NCBI GenBank assembly: GCA_013239625.1
Contig: MU055600.1
Location: 9,612,738-9,676,737, forward strand
DNA length: 64,000 bases
From: Lama guanicoe
Lineage: Eukaryota
Direction: 5' to 3'
The translations under genes were made by a program, and so were the position numbers. Shown piece after piece: positions 50,501-62,309 of the stretch (within the stretch, counting starts at the first letter, position 1; the number at the start of each line of letters is the position of its first letter). The notes beneath the pieces are model-generated. The model was given only the letters and a program-made list of their open reading frames with translations. It made no database searches and was not told the origin of the DNA.

Positions 50501-53500
50501 CCGCTAGGTCTTCAGACCCTCTCCATGGCTGAGGGGGCTGTTCTGATCCACCTGCCATGTTCTCAGACTGCCCTTGACATGGCTCTTAGGCGGGGGTGAA
50601 GGGAGAATTGCTCTTTGCCTCCTAGAAAAACCAAGCTCCATTCTTCCGGCCTTATCACACACCGCCCTGCCTTCACTCTTAGCCAAATCAAAGTCAGGTT
50701 CATCGACATCAGAAAGGCCTTGAGTGACGCCTGTTTGCAGAGGATCCTGGGAAGACACTGTGACCCTGAGAAGCCCAGGGGAGCCTCTGGTCTGAGTAGG
50801 AAGCTCATGCATCTCTCATTTTCCAGACTTGAAAGTCTCACCAAAACCCTCAGTCAGGATGTCTCTACAGCTGTGGCTATTATCTGGGAATTTGGGCATA
50901 CTGTCTTTCCCTCTGATCTAACCAGTTCCAAATTACTTCCCGTATTGGACCCACACAGACCTGGTCTTGCCTTGGGCTGGAGGCCTTTGACATGGAATCT
51001 GAGCCATCAGCATCCTCTGGGTCCCTCTGGGATCTGTGCTTCTCGGAGATCCTCCTGCCTTTCTTATTTCTCTCTCTCTCTCTCTTTCACTCTTTCTCTC
51101 TCACTGTCATGGGAGCTGAGCATGCTCCAATCAAAGGCTAGCCCCAATATCTTCCTCACTCTCCCCAGTTCTCATCATGTCCCGCCCCCAAACACACAGA
51201 CCATCTGAGCAGTGCATCCACCTTCCCCTGGAGGTCAAGGTGGGTGGGGAAGGGGAATCTAGTACTCTCAGGAACCCACCCAGGAGGGGAAAGTGTCCTG
51301 ATGGAAAGAGACAAAAAGGCAGAGAGGTCCTAGACCTCACATTCCTTGCAGAAATCTCCCCCCTGGGCCCGCAGAGCTTTACAGGGAAACTGCGGTCACT
51401 TAATGGAAGTTTACCCACCAAGTAGGAGGATTTGGGAACAAAAACCTATCCACATGGGCCTCAGAATCTTGATGGAATTTTCAAATCACCGGAAAAAGCA
51501 GACAAGACAGCTTCTCTCTTGCCAACATGAGATCTTCAACTGGCTTTGGGTTCAAGTAGGGTGGAAGGAGTCTTATGAGCTCTGGGAATATATTATCAGA
51601 TCTAGGCTGAGGTTTTCTTGGGAGGTGGGAAGTGCAGGGGGCTGGTAACGGGATTTCTAAAGACAAATGCAGAACTAGCACTATCCAAGGAGACTGGAGG
51701 CTGCGGGCAGCTTCGCCCACGGCACCAGCAATAGAATGGGAACGCAGTGGGTGTGGCAGAGCTAGGAGAGCAAGGGAGTGGAGCTTCAAGCCTTCCGGAT
51801 GATTCGGATGCGAACCAGGTTCCCCTGAAGCCCCCACCCTCCTAGCTGCCCCAGTGCCCCCTCCACTGTCACGCTGAAGAGTTTTCCCTCTGTCCTTCCC
51901 AGTGGAGCCTCGTAGCAGCCAGCATCCCTCCACCCTCACTGTCACCATCCTCTTGCTCTCTTTTTCCGAGTCACTCCGGTGGCCACCTGTGAGTCTCACC
52001 GGAGCTCACAGTTGGTAAACACTGAAGGAACAAAGGCCCTCCGCCTAATCCACGTCTGGCGCAGTACAGGAAGCTACACCACGATGAAGTCACCCGGCAC
52101 TGATCTGCTGGCTCCTGCGCTGTCTCCGCGGCATCCAACCCTCCCTTGAGTCTCACTATGGTATCTGGGATGCACGAGCCTCTGCTCATGCCTGGGCTTG
52201 ACCTGCAGGAACTGGGCTGAGCCAAGGGAAGTGTCGCAGCCCAGCACTCTGCTGAGGTCACGCCTGTCTGTGGCTGGGAGGAGGAGGTGAGGATGTGGGG
52301 GCTGGGAGTTTGGCTACAGAAAGGAATTCCCCCATAAGAAGGAAGAGACAGGGCAGCCCGGAGCCCAGCTCCTTGGCTTCCAAATTGAGCATGCCTGGCA
52401 TCTGTTCTCTCTCCGCATGAGAAGCACTTGGCCGAGCTTCCACACGCCAGGAGGTTTTTGAGGTTGGGTGAAGAAAGTTCGAAGAGGGGTGCGGAAGTCA
52501 GGCAAGGCTCTTCCTTCTGCTGCCTTCCTGTCTGAAGCTGCTCATGCTTGCCCGGACCTGGGCAGCCTCACCTACCAGCCTGAGCATCAGGTGTGTCTCA
52601 TCCAACAAGTCCTCCTCAACATCAAAGATGCCACCCATGTCTGCTTGGGAGTCTCACCCACTGAGAGCCAGGTGATCAGTCTTAGATCTAGGAACAACCA
52701 CACTTTCAGGCAACCAGGGCCATCAAATGCTAGAGAGGGTGAAGAAAGACACTGCAGATGTTCTTTTCTGGGAGGTCTTTAAAAATCGCCCTATTTGGAA
52801 GGTCCCAGAAGGAAGTTAAGGATGGCGTCTAGCCCCAAAGACCCCTGAAAGATTTTGTCTAGGAAGCCAGAGGAAGGCTATGATTGTGGAGCCCCCAGGA
52901 CTGCACGGAGCAGAAGACGGGCTGACCTGTGGGGCAGCGGAGTATCCAAGAGCCCTGGGAGGTCAAGGAGACCCCACGTCGGTCGTGATTCTGCCGGCCA
53001 CAGCTGGGAAAATCTTGCCTAGTTATTGCTGACTCTTTCTGAGCCTCCGCTTCCTCCAGGGTGAAATGTGCTTGCATCTGAATTGGCGCTTCACAAGTTT
53101 GACTTAGTTATCATCAGTAATGCTCCACTGGTGAGCCCTTCTTTGGAGCTTGGTAACCATTTCCAGGGTCCAGCCACACAACCCTTAGGGAAGGACTCAA
53201 GTCTTCTCCAGAGCGTGTACCTGAAAGGCCCCACACCTGAATTTACCACCGTCCTGCCCCATCTTAAGGGTACAGTGAGTTCTGCATCCTTTGAATTTCA
53301 GGGAATAAGATTCAGAGCCAGTGTCCCTTGATCACTCCCTCCAGAATGAAAATCCAGCAAGCACATGGCAAACACACTGGGTTCATGGCTCAAACCTCTG
53401 CCACAAACCGCCCCCCCCCAGAGCCAAGCTGTAAGCTCAAGTCCAAGAAAGCCTCTCTGAGATTCCATGGTGAGGTTTCAAACCCAGCAGATCAGGGAGA

Positions 53501-54739
53501 TACAGAGCTTGTTGGTTCTCTGAGCCTCTCTGCACAAAGCTGGTCCAAGACAGCAATCTTGGTGGGCAGAGTTCAGCTCTCTGGGGCTACCCCGTGCCAG
53601 CTCTGACTTCCCCAGAGCCTCCAACGTCGGAGTAGACGCCATGGGACTTCAGGACCCAGCAGGAAAGCCTGGGAAACAGAATCTTGGACACTAAACATTG
53701 CACTCCAGTCTCAGCCACATCCTCATGCCTGCCAGCAACTTTTTCATACTTCCCTCCATCTGTCATGGTCTCTTCTGTTGCTTCAGACATTCTCAGTGCT
53801 CTTAGATGCTCCCACATGCAACACAAGGCCTTGCCTTAATCTTTACAGGCAAAACAGAAGCCACCAGATAAGAACTCTCTCACATCTTTGTCTGCCCCGC
53901 ACCTCTAAACCCCCATCTCTCCCTCTTCCCTCCTGCTACAGCAGGAGAGCGCTCCCTTCACGTGGCTGAGGCTACCCCTTCCGCCCGAGGATGGGTGCTT
54001 TGCTTTCTCATCTCCTCTGGGGCTCTTTCTAGTCATCATCTTTCTCCCGTGCATTGGCAGGCTCTGTACATCTGAACAAAACAAAGCTTAAATGTCTCTT
54101 CTTACTGATAGTGAAATTCTCCCTTGAATCCATGCAGCCCGCTGGTCCCAACCATTGGGGCATCCCTGTTCTAACCCTGGAACTGCTGAGGACAGGAGAA
54201 TGCAGAGCTGGGGTAACTCCCTACCCAGGCCACTCTACTGAAAAGGAGTTTCCATCTGGGGTGCAGTGGAGATGGGGGAGCCTCCCAGCAAACTAAACTT
54301 TAGTAAGAGAGTCTGTTAAGTCAGGGTAAGTGGAGAAAGCACCACTCTAGCCTGATCAGTTGCCTGTTGGACTTGCACCTTGGGCTCACCCACCTGACTG
54401 CACCTGCCTCGCCTTTACTTGTGAAGTAAGCAAGCGCCAGCAAAGCTTGCTGAGACCCAGCGAAGGATTCAAATGCTCCCAGGAACCCTTCCCCAGCCCC
54501 TGACCTCCTCTCTTGCTCCAAATCTCTTACATACAGAGTCCCTTCCTCCTAAAAGAAAGCTACTGTAAGTTGCAAAAGGCATTTCAATCCTCGGAGCCGT
54601 GTCAGGGCTCAGGAACCAAGGACAGACAGAGACGCTAGCTCATCTAAGCGTTTTAGCCTTAGGAGGACTCCAGGACTCTTTTGCCTCTGTTTCGCTGGCA
54701 GCCCGCATGAGACCTGCTATGAGAGTTTGGCTCACCTGA

Positions 54740-54808
54740 GTGTGTATGTGTGTGCGCGTCTGTGTGTGTGTGCGTCTGTGTGTGTGTGTATGTATGTGTG
54801 TGTGTGTT
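54740..54808 (+). repeat. Interrupted (TG)n microsatellite
   Basis: gtgtgtatgtgtgtgcgcgtctgtgtgtgtgtgcgtctgtgtgtgtgtgtatgtatgtgtgtgtgtg. Confidence 0.9.
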
Positions 54809-55084
54809 GGTGGGGGTGGCGGGGTAGTTTCGGATGATCAGCAGATTGGCCTATAAGTCCAAAGCTCCATCTTCCTCTGGGCAAGGTCTCTTCCCCAAGA
54901 CCCATAAGAGAGATACAAAACCACGCCAATCAAGGGGAAAGTCACACTGGCTTGCTGGCGCACCAAAGATAAAGAACCCCTCAGCCCACCCCCAGGCCCC
55001 CTTCAACGTCAGCCCTGAAGAAAGAATCTCTATAAACTTTGGCTGCTTGGACAACAGAACCAAAGTTTCAGTAGCCTCAGTTGT

Positions 55085-55255
55085 ATGTGGAGGAGTCAGA
55101 TTTGAAGCTTGCTTCTGCCTCTTGTGCTCTGTGACCCTGAATGAACCATTCAACCTCTCTGTGCTTCTGATTCCTTCTCAATAAGATGAGAAAACACACC
55201 CTCTCAGTGAAAGCAATCAATGAAACAGACTGTAAACACCTTTGCAGATAGGACT
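55085..55255 (+). mobile_element. MIR SINE
   Basis: ggagtcagatttgaagc...ctctgtgaccctgaatgaaccattcaacctctctgtgcttctgattccttctcaataagatg. Confidence 0.65.
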
Positions 55256-55300
55256 TGGCTAAGAACCTTCTTTAAAACCTTAACAGTAAAATAGGGAGGA

Positions 55301-55349
55301 ATGAAAAACAAAAAACATGGGAAGCCTGAAATTTCTATATGTCTTTAAT
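55301..55349 (-). terminator. NTRK3: Poly(A) signal of truncated NTRK3 isoform: ATTAAA, CA cleavage site and U/GU-rich downstream element
   Basis: Minus strand reads ATTAAA (55349-55344) gacatatagaaattt CA (55328-55327) ggcttccca TGTTTTTTGTTTTTCATT, which is canonical spacing. Confidence 0.7.
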
Positions 55350-55375
55350 ATTCTTTGCAAAATTGCCAAATAAGA

Positions 55376-55618
55376 NNNNNNNNNNNNNNNNNNNNNNNNN
55401 NNNNNNNNNNNNNNNNNNNNNNNNNNNNNNNNNNNNNNNNNNNNNNNNNNNNNNNNNNNNNNNNNNNNNNNNNNNNNNNNNNNNNNNNNNNNNNNNNNNN
55501 NNNNNNNNNNNNNNNNNNNNNNNNNNNNNNNNNNNNNNNNNNNNNNNNNNNNNNNNNNNNNNNNNNNNNNNNNNNNNNNNNNNNNNNNNNNNNNNNNNNN
55601 NNNNNNNNNNNNNNNNNN
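55376..55618. other. Assembly gap (243 N)
   Basis: Run of N. Confidence 1.
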
Positions 55619-57355
55619 TGGTCCACAGGGTTGGCAGGACATGATGGGGAACAGCCTGACATGACACAGCAGCGGGCAGAATGGTGGGGAGCTGGGAGGG
55701 GCTAGATAGACACACACCTCGAGGCCCCGCAGAGAGCCTGAATTCCTGCGTGATACTCTGGACATTCAGGTGCCGGGAGGCCACCCCAGATACCGGGCAA
55801 GACCTTGGAAAGCACTGCATTTTACACCCCATGGAGGCATCTGCAGGGTCAGGCTAGAAACCTGACATGAAGAAACGCCATCCACAGGACTCAGAACATC
55901 AAACCCTACATGGGAAGTTTAACCCCCAGTTAAATTAGCCAAAGGTAGAAAGTCTGTTACCTATCGCTGTGTGTCACTGCTCCAAAACCACCGCCATTTT
56001 GTCCTGAGGGCTCCCCATACTTGGCCCCCCTTCCTCCATGCTCCACCCTCCAGGGGGCAGCCTGTGCTGACGCCCCACAGTGGAGGCACCAAGGGTCGGG
56101 GGAATGAGGCCAAGCCCAAAGTCCACTCAGCAGCCAACGTGGCAGCAAAACTCTGGGAGAGGTTCAGGCCCTACAATGGTACCTTTCCTACTGAAGCAGG
56201 GGAAGGGCCTCCCCGCCCCTCTCCCCAGTGGATCACATTGAAAATGGTGGACACAAACCCCCCTCTTTGGAAGAGAGTGGCCATGGAGTAAGGCATGAGT
56301 CAAAGCAAGCAAAGTAAACACATATATTGACCAGAGAACAGATGACACTTCCACTGGTGCCATGAGAGGGGCTGGAGGAGGCCAAGTATTACTTCTCTTC
56401 CCCTTCAGTTCACCTTGGCCTTGAAATGGCGATTCCATTGGGTTCCGAAAGTTCTCAGAGTCAAGATAGGTAAAAGTGGGGGAAGAGAGCCAATCCCAGG
56501 ATTACAGGCCAGCAGGAAGGGCCTTGGTCCCTGATTTCCTTGGTCCCTTGTGGTCCTAGTAGGATGGCCAGTTCACGGGCAGGCCTCCTGCAGCCAAATG
56601 CGTCGGAACCGCAGGCCTAGGGGCCGAGGAGCAGCCCTGGAGCAATCCGCCTCGCCAAGGGGTTTGCTAACATCACACTCACTGTGAGCCGCTCCAGAGA
56701 GAGGAGGAAGTAGGGGGGAAGTGTGTCCCAAAAAAGGGATGGTTTTCTCCACCAAAAAAACAAAATAATAGTATAGAAAACAACTGGTTTCCATTCTTTC
56801 CTCTGAGACCTAATCTGGTGCCAATACTTGGGCCTGGCTCCCCCTCCTCTCACAGCGCCGTCTCCACCTCGGCTTAGATGTTCTTCCCCACGGGAGGTTT
56901 CAGGGCGACGAGGTCACTAAGAGGACAGCCTGGCATCCTAGGGAGAGCCAGGGAGACCCCCCTCGCTTCCGAGCAGGGGAAGCGAGGCCGGAGCACGGCT
57001 GGACTTCATCAGGCTTTCTCGCGGTGGCTGGGTTGTTTTTGTAAAGCAAGAGAATGGCTAGTATGTTTAAAAGATGCTTCCTGGTGTACAGGCTTTTAAT
57101 TCTCTGTATTGGCTCTAAGGATGATGGCAGGAGCTGCCTTGGAGGCCGGAAAAAAGCACAGTGATGACTGGAGGGGATGGGCAGCCCTGCCGGTGGCGGA
57201 TGGGGGCACCCGTCCTGGTGGTGTCAAAGGGCGCGGGGGCACCGGTGGCTTATGTAGTTTCTACTTAGCATCCCCGGATCCAAACAGAACAACGCCTAGA
57301 GCTTCCAGCCTCTCAGAGGGCCCAGCCTACAAGGTGACATCAAAACAGGGAGGCT

Positions 57356-57557
57356 NNNNNNNNNNNNNNNNNNNNNNNNNNNNNNNNNNNNNNNNNNNNN
57401 NNNNNNNNNNNNNNNNNNNNNNNNNNNNNNNNNNNNNNNNNNNNNNNNNNNNNNNNNNNNNNNNNNNNNNNNNNNNNNNNNNNNNNNNNNNNNNNNNNNN
57501 NNNNNNNNNNNNNNNNNNNNNNNNNNNNNNNNNNNNNNNNNNNNNNNNNNNNNNNNN
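57356..57557. other. Assembly gap (202 N)
   Basis: Run of N. Confidence 1.
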
Positions 57558-58959
57558 AGAAGACCAAAACTAGAAGGGGTAACAGAGAGGGAGCTTGGAA
57601 GGCAGGGGAGGAACTGGAGATCTGGAGACAGATATACTGGAAACAGTCAAATGAATTCTCAGCAAAAGGGAAGGGTCGGAGGAGGGGATTAACTTAAAAC
57701 CGAGCATGGTCAGAGGACCTGGAAACACTCCACTTCTGCTGCGGCCTCCACTGAACCGAGGAAGGGGAAGTGAGCGAAACATCTGGGGGCTTGGCCTTGG
57801 ACTGTCCTGGATGGGTGGGGGTGGCCTCATCTAAAGGGGGAGGTGGGAACGGGGGATAATCTTTAGGGTCACTGGGGGGCAAAGGGGTTGGGGGATGCTT
57901 TCCAGACCTTATATTCCGAAGGGATCCCTGAGGGCCATTTCCCGTCCTAGCAGGTGGGATGGTGCGGGCCGCCTTGGACCACACCAGGCTGGGGGCTCTG
58001 TCCTTCCAAGTCTACAAACTCTCATTCACTTTGTCCTCTCATTTCACCAAGCCAGTGAAATGCTGGCTGATCTCTCAGCCTTCCCATAATCCCAAGTCTT
58101 ACAGGGGACAGAAGTACCCTGGAGGAGTGGCACTGGTGGCCACTAAGCCATGGACGGCCTCAAGCAAGGAGGACTTCCGTGATAGCTCAGCTGCTCTCTG
58201 GCCTACACTGCCGTGGACGGAATTCGGATGTTCAGAAATGTGGGTGTTCCTGATCAAATCTCCAGCAGGAGGCTTTTCAGTCAACCTCGGATTATAATAA
58301 TGTCTATAAAATAACGTCTGTCTCGAGCGTGTGCTTATTGACGTGCGTGTGAGTACAGACGAGATAGGAGTAAGCCTGTCATTTTAGGAAAGCTGTATGC
58401 AGGTCTGTGGAGGCAGCTGGACACAGGGGCTACGATGGGGAGAGATGGAGTTGGTACTGAGACGTCCCTCTTCTCATCCTCAGGACATACTATGATTGAA
58501 ACAGAGTTGAATCACCTTGGATGCTGGGAGCGCTCCCTCTGAGGGGGCGGGGTCAGATTGGTGGAGACAGAGGAACACTTCCTCACCTATGACATCAGTT
58601 TCAATGTGAGATGTTTCTGGGGTAGCTTCACTGTGCTAACCTGCGACAAGGGCTCTCTTGGGTCTGAGGCTGAGGGAAGGCAGATCATTGGTCTGGGAAG
58701 CCTGCCTAGAAGACCCATGACGTCCTTGTTTCTCTCTAGGCCGTGGTCCCTCTTTTGCTTCTTCCATATCCCTCACCTGTCCTCTTCTGGAAGACTCCTC
58801 TAACCTAAGGGATTTTAGTACCAGTCCCCCACTGGGCACCTAAGTCATCCCCCAGTCCTCTGGGACATATGGAGATGTCATGAGGTCTTAAGATCTTAAG
58901 AATCAAAATTGGTGAGGGGGAAAGGGGTCTGAACTGCATACAAAGATGTCAAAGGAGGT

Positions 58960-59090
58960 AACTCACCATGTGACCTTGGGTAAGCCACTTCCCCACTCTG
59001 GACCTCAGGCTCCTCATATATAAAGTGAGTTGATGGGGCTAGATGATCTCTATTGTCCTTCAAGTTTAATATCCCATGATTGTCTATGTT
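58960..59090 (+). mobile_element. MIR (MIR3/MIRc-like) SINE, exonised in antisense as NTRK3 exon 13b
   Basis: tgtgaccttgggtaagccacttccccactctggacctcaggctcctcatatataaagtg resembles the MIR core (tgtgaccttgggcaagtcacttaacctctctgagcctcagtttcctcatctgtaaaatg). ctagatgatctct..gtccttcaagt..atcccatgattgtctatg resembles the MIR3 tail. Confidence 0.85.
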
Positions 59091-59101
59091 TGAAAAGACC
59101 C
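58967..59101 (-). CDS. NTRK3: Alternative coding exon ('13b') of truncated TrkC (TrkC.T1/NC2): (W)VFSNIDNHGILNLKDNRDHLAPSTHFIYEEPEVQSGEVAYPRSH(G)
   Basis: Acceptor ctcttctgccag|GGGTCTTT with a TACTGAC branch-like motif about 35 nt upstream; donor CATG|gtgagt. 135 bp, stop-free, phase 1 at both ends. The peptide matches the recalled start of the truncated TrkC tail (WVFSNIDNHGILNLKDNRDHL...). Confidence 0.95.
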
Positions 59102-62100
59102 CTGGCAGAAGAGGCAGACATGGGGGAATTAATGGTCAGTATGGAGCCCCAAGTGCAAAGACATGGGGAAGTCTTTTTCTTAAGTTCACAGTGCCAGAAA
59201 CAGAAATCCAGGCATTCCCAGCCCCTGCACTCACACTGCTTTCCCCGCAGGGGCACGTGCTTTTATTTCAGATGTAAAATCCAGATGCACTGTCCTCTGG
59301 GTATCACAGCGTGACACTGAAGAAATGCCCGAGGGGATCAGGGAAGGAGGATTTGCCATCACCGTGAACTCCGTCCAGTCTTTCCCTTAACACGCTTACC
59401 TTTATCCCTCCTCTTGGGCCAGGGCACCCTGAACTGGTGCCCATCACTGTTTTTGTGGATGCCATTTCTGGGACTGGCAGGCTGAGTCTTATGACTGGAG
59501 TGATGATCCTGTAGGTCTCAAGACCCCATTTTTGGCCCCTTCTGTCCCATAAAAGAAATTCAGCTACTCTCCAAGAGGGAAACAACTTCACAAGGGGGAG
59601 TAAAGAGGAGAAGAGAGAGGGTGTTTGGCCCCTTAAAATCTTTCTTGCCTCAATTAGGACATAAACATTCGGAACAATAAAAGCTCTTGGCTCCCTGGCA
59701 ACCCGAGGACTCTAACTCCTATGAAAGAGGTATCATCAGAGCTTCAGAGTGAAATCTCCTTTGGAGGCCCTGCAGCATCGTGGGCCCTGGAAGGCTCCAT
59801 GTCGGATCCATTAAAGGCAGGGACCAAGCCCGCCTCAGCCTCTGCCAAGGTCCCTGAAGCTGCCTCCGTGAACATGAGCCTTTTCCCATATGAGCTGGGA
59901 TCTGAAGTTTGTTTTCTCTGGAACTCTTTCCCAGGTGGAGCTTGTCCAAGATTCTAAATGCTGAAGCCTGATAGCATGAGAGGCACCACTCCAAAATCCT
60001 CCATTCCTCCCCCTCCTACTCAGAACAGCCCCGGAGCAGGAAGGAAAAGGCATGTGCTGGGAGGAGGGCAAGGGAGACCAGGACCACCACGGACACTGAC
60101 TGGGAAAGGGACAGATGGGTGGAGGGAAGGCCAAAGAGAGCCAGATACACCTCTAAAGAAAGCCTCGCCCACCAGGGGCCCACGGAACCCCACGTCTAAC
60201 CTCTCCCTCCATCTGTCGACAGCTTTCCCCAAAGTCATCCAGCACGAAGTTACTTGTGGGCCCGCAGTAATTCAGAACAGAGCCTGGTCTTCAGGGACTG
60301 TCTAGGTGTATGTTTCCTGAGAAGTGAGCCAGAGACTCTGGGATCATTTGGGGAAGTTGGGGGGTGGGGGGGAAGCTGTGAAGGAAGAGGCCAGGGGAGA
60401 AGGGGTGCTAAGCACCCACAGAACTGGATGAAAGGCTCTGGAACCAATCTCATCGGGCTGAAAGCAGGTTCAGCCTTCAAAGGCAAGTTCTTTAATACAC
60501 ACGGCAGCAAGAGAAGGGCTGGCTTCCTTGGCCGTGCAACACGAAAGATGGCCTAGACCTTCAAATCTCTGTTCTTCTGACAATCTGGTGGATGCTAATC
60601 ATCTCGCCCTCTCTAGGGGTTCATCCCAGGCCCCCCTCCCACTCTGGCCCTGGGAGACTAGAGCTATCCGCTTTCCAGCACCTGCCGGTGAGAACTTCCT
60701 TACAGCCTCCGCCTACGCACCCTTCACCTGACTTTGGGTCCTCAAGGTCTCCCTTTCTGTCCCTGCTTCTCCCTTTTGTTATCCAATGAGGTGATTTTAT
60801 TACTGAACTCCATGAAGTGGTTCAGGTTATGGCCTGGATAAAAGGCCCAGTACCAAACAGAGCTCTGCTGGATTACTTCCCAACATTTCCTCTTCAAATG
60901 TGTCTGTTTGTCATCTTAAAGTTGCTCCATCACAGTAACACTTAGCACTTACAGAGCACTGGCTGTGAGCAAAGCACTTTTTACTCAAGAGTAGGTTGAA
61001 ATACACAGAGTCCTGGAACTGACATCATGGATGGCTTAACCATAGGGAATCAGAGGCACAGGGCAATCGGGATCCTTGTCCAGAGAGAGAGAGAGAGAGC
61101 AAGCACAGGAGGAGTCCACAGGATGCATGTCAGGGTGGGGAGCCTGCTCTGCCTCCCACCTCGGTCGGGGGACATTCTAGCTTCAACTTCCCCACTGTTC
61201 TCCATGAGAAGATGTGAAATGTCTTGAAGCACACTGCAGGCAGGCACAAGCCAAAGAAGGGAGCCTTAAGCAATGCTTGGATACAACAATCCTACCATGC
61301 AAAAAAAGGCAGAGTCTGATATCACACATTGAACCAAGTTCTTCCTAACCTTAAAATCCTTATCATTAACTACTTTGCAATATAGCTTCTATTTGATGAA
61401 AATCAATATACAGGAAAAGGAGGCAGACGTGGAGGTCATGGCAGTCGTGATGGGGACATTCTCCAGGGGAGGCAGGGCTCTGCCTCTGGTTCCTTCTGAA
61501 GGCTCGTCCAGAGGTCTAGAGTGTTCCTGCCTCACTGACAGCCCCCCTAGCCAGGGAGATGAGCATCCCCCATGCCCTGCCACTGCCCTCCCCCAGCACA
61601 TGCCCAGTCTAATCCTTTCCCAGGCTCCTCATTTTTCTGCACCGTTTAGCCTGCCACACCTATCACTCTCAACACAGCTACCACTCTTACAATAACACTT
61701 GGCTTGTATTGGGACCTTCCAAGTAAGGAATCCCAAACTCTATCTGGACATTGACTTCTTCCTTTTGATGTTACTTCCAGGAGTTCAGCTTAGAAAGGAT
61801 GAAAAGTAAACCTGATGAAAGAGAGATAATCATGGGTTTGGAGAGAAGAGGAGTTGCTCAAAACAGAGTCACACAGATGGCAAGAGTGTGGAGAACCTGA
61901 GACTCCTCCTCGGGGGCCAAGCATGGTGCCCAGAACTTTCTCTCCAGCACCCTCCCTTTGGGCCACTATGTGAACAAGAAAGGACAACAAAAAGTATATT
62001 ATGGTAAGAAAAACTGCCTCACAAGCATCGCTTGCTTCCTTTGCTGCCTGTGTGGTGCCCTCACTAAGGTCATGTGAAGAAGGTCGTCAAAGAGTCCCAG

Positions 62101-62309
62101 TGGTCCCAGGATATGGCTACGATTATGTTGTTCTGTACCTTTGTCTCCTGGTGTGGCTATTGCTTTTGTCAATCAAAGTTCTTTCTTCTCCTGCCATCAG
62201 ATGCAATAAAAGTCTGGTGGCACTGTCCTAGGTGGTGAGACCCCAATGCCTAGACTTGCTGGCCACAAACTAGCTTGCTTAAAACCCTCAGACCATGTTC
62301 TCTGTTATT

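Larger units (their letters stand above)
55327..57557 (-). other. NTRK3: Terminal exon ('14b') of truncated TrkC: about 2 kb 3'UTR; coding portion inferred to lie within the gap 57356-57557
   Basis: Minus-strand sequence leaving the gap (agcctccctgttttgatgtcaccttgtaggctgggccctctgagagg...) matches my recollection of the UTR just after the TrkC.T1 stop. It lies 1.4-1.6 kb downstream of exon 13b, and a poly(A) signal sits at the far end. Confidence 0.75.

Noticed and set aside
55280-57573. ORFs containing long X runs
   Set aside because: Artefacts of translating through N gaps.
58528-58552. Possible CTCF motif near exon 13b
   Set aside because: At least two core mismatches in either orientation; not supportable without ChIP data.
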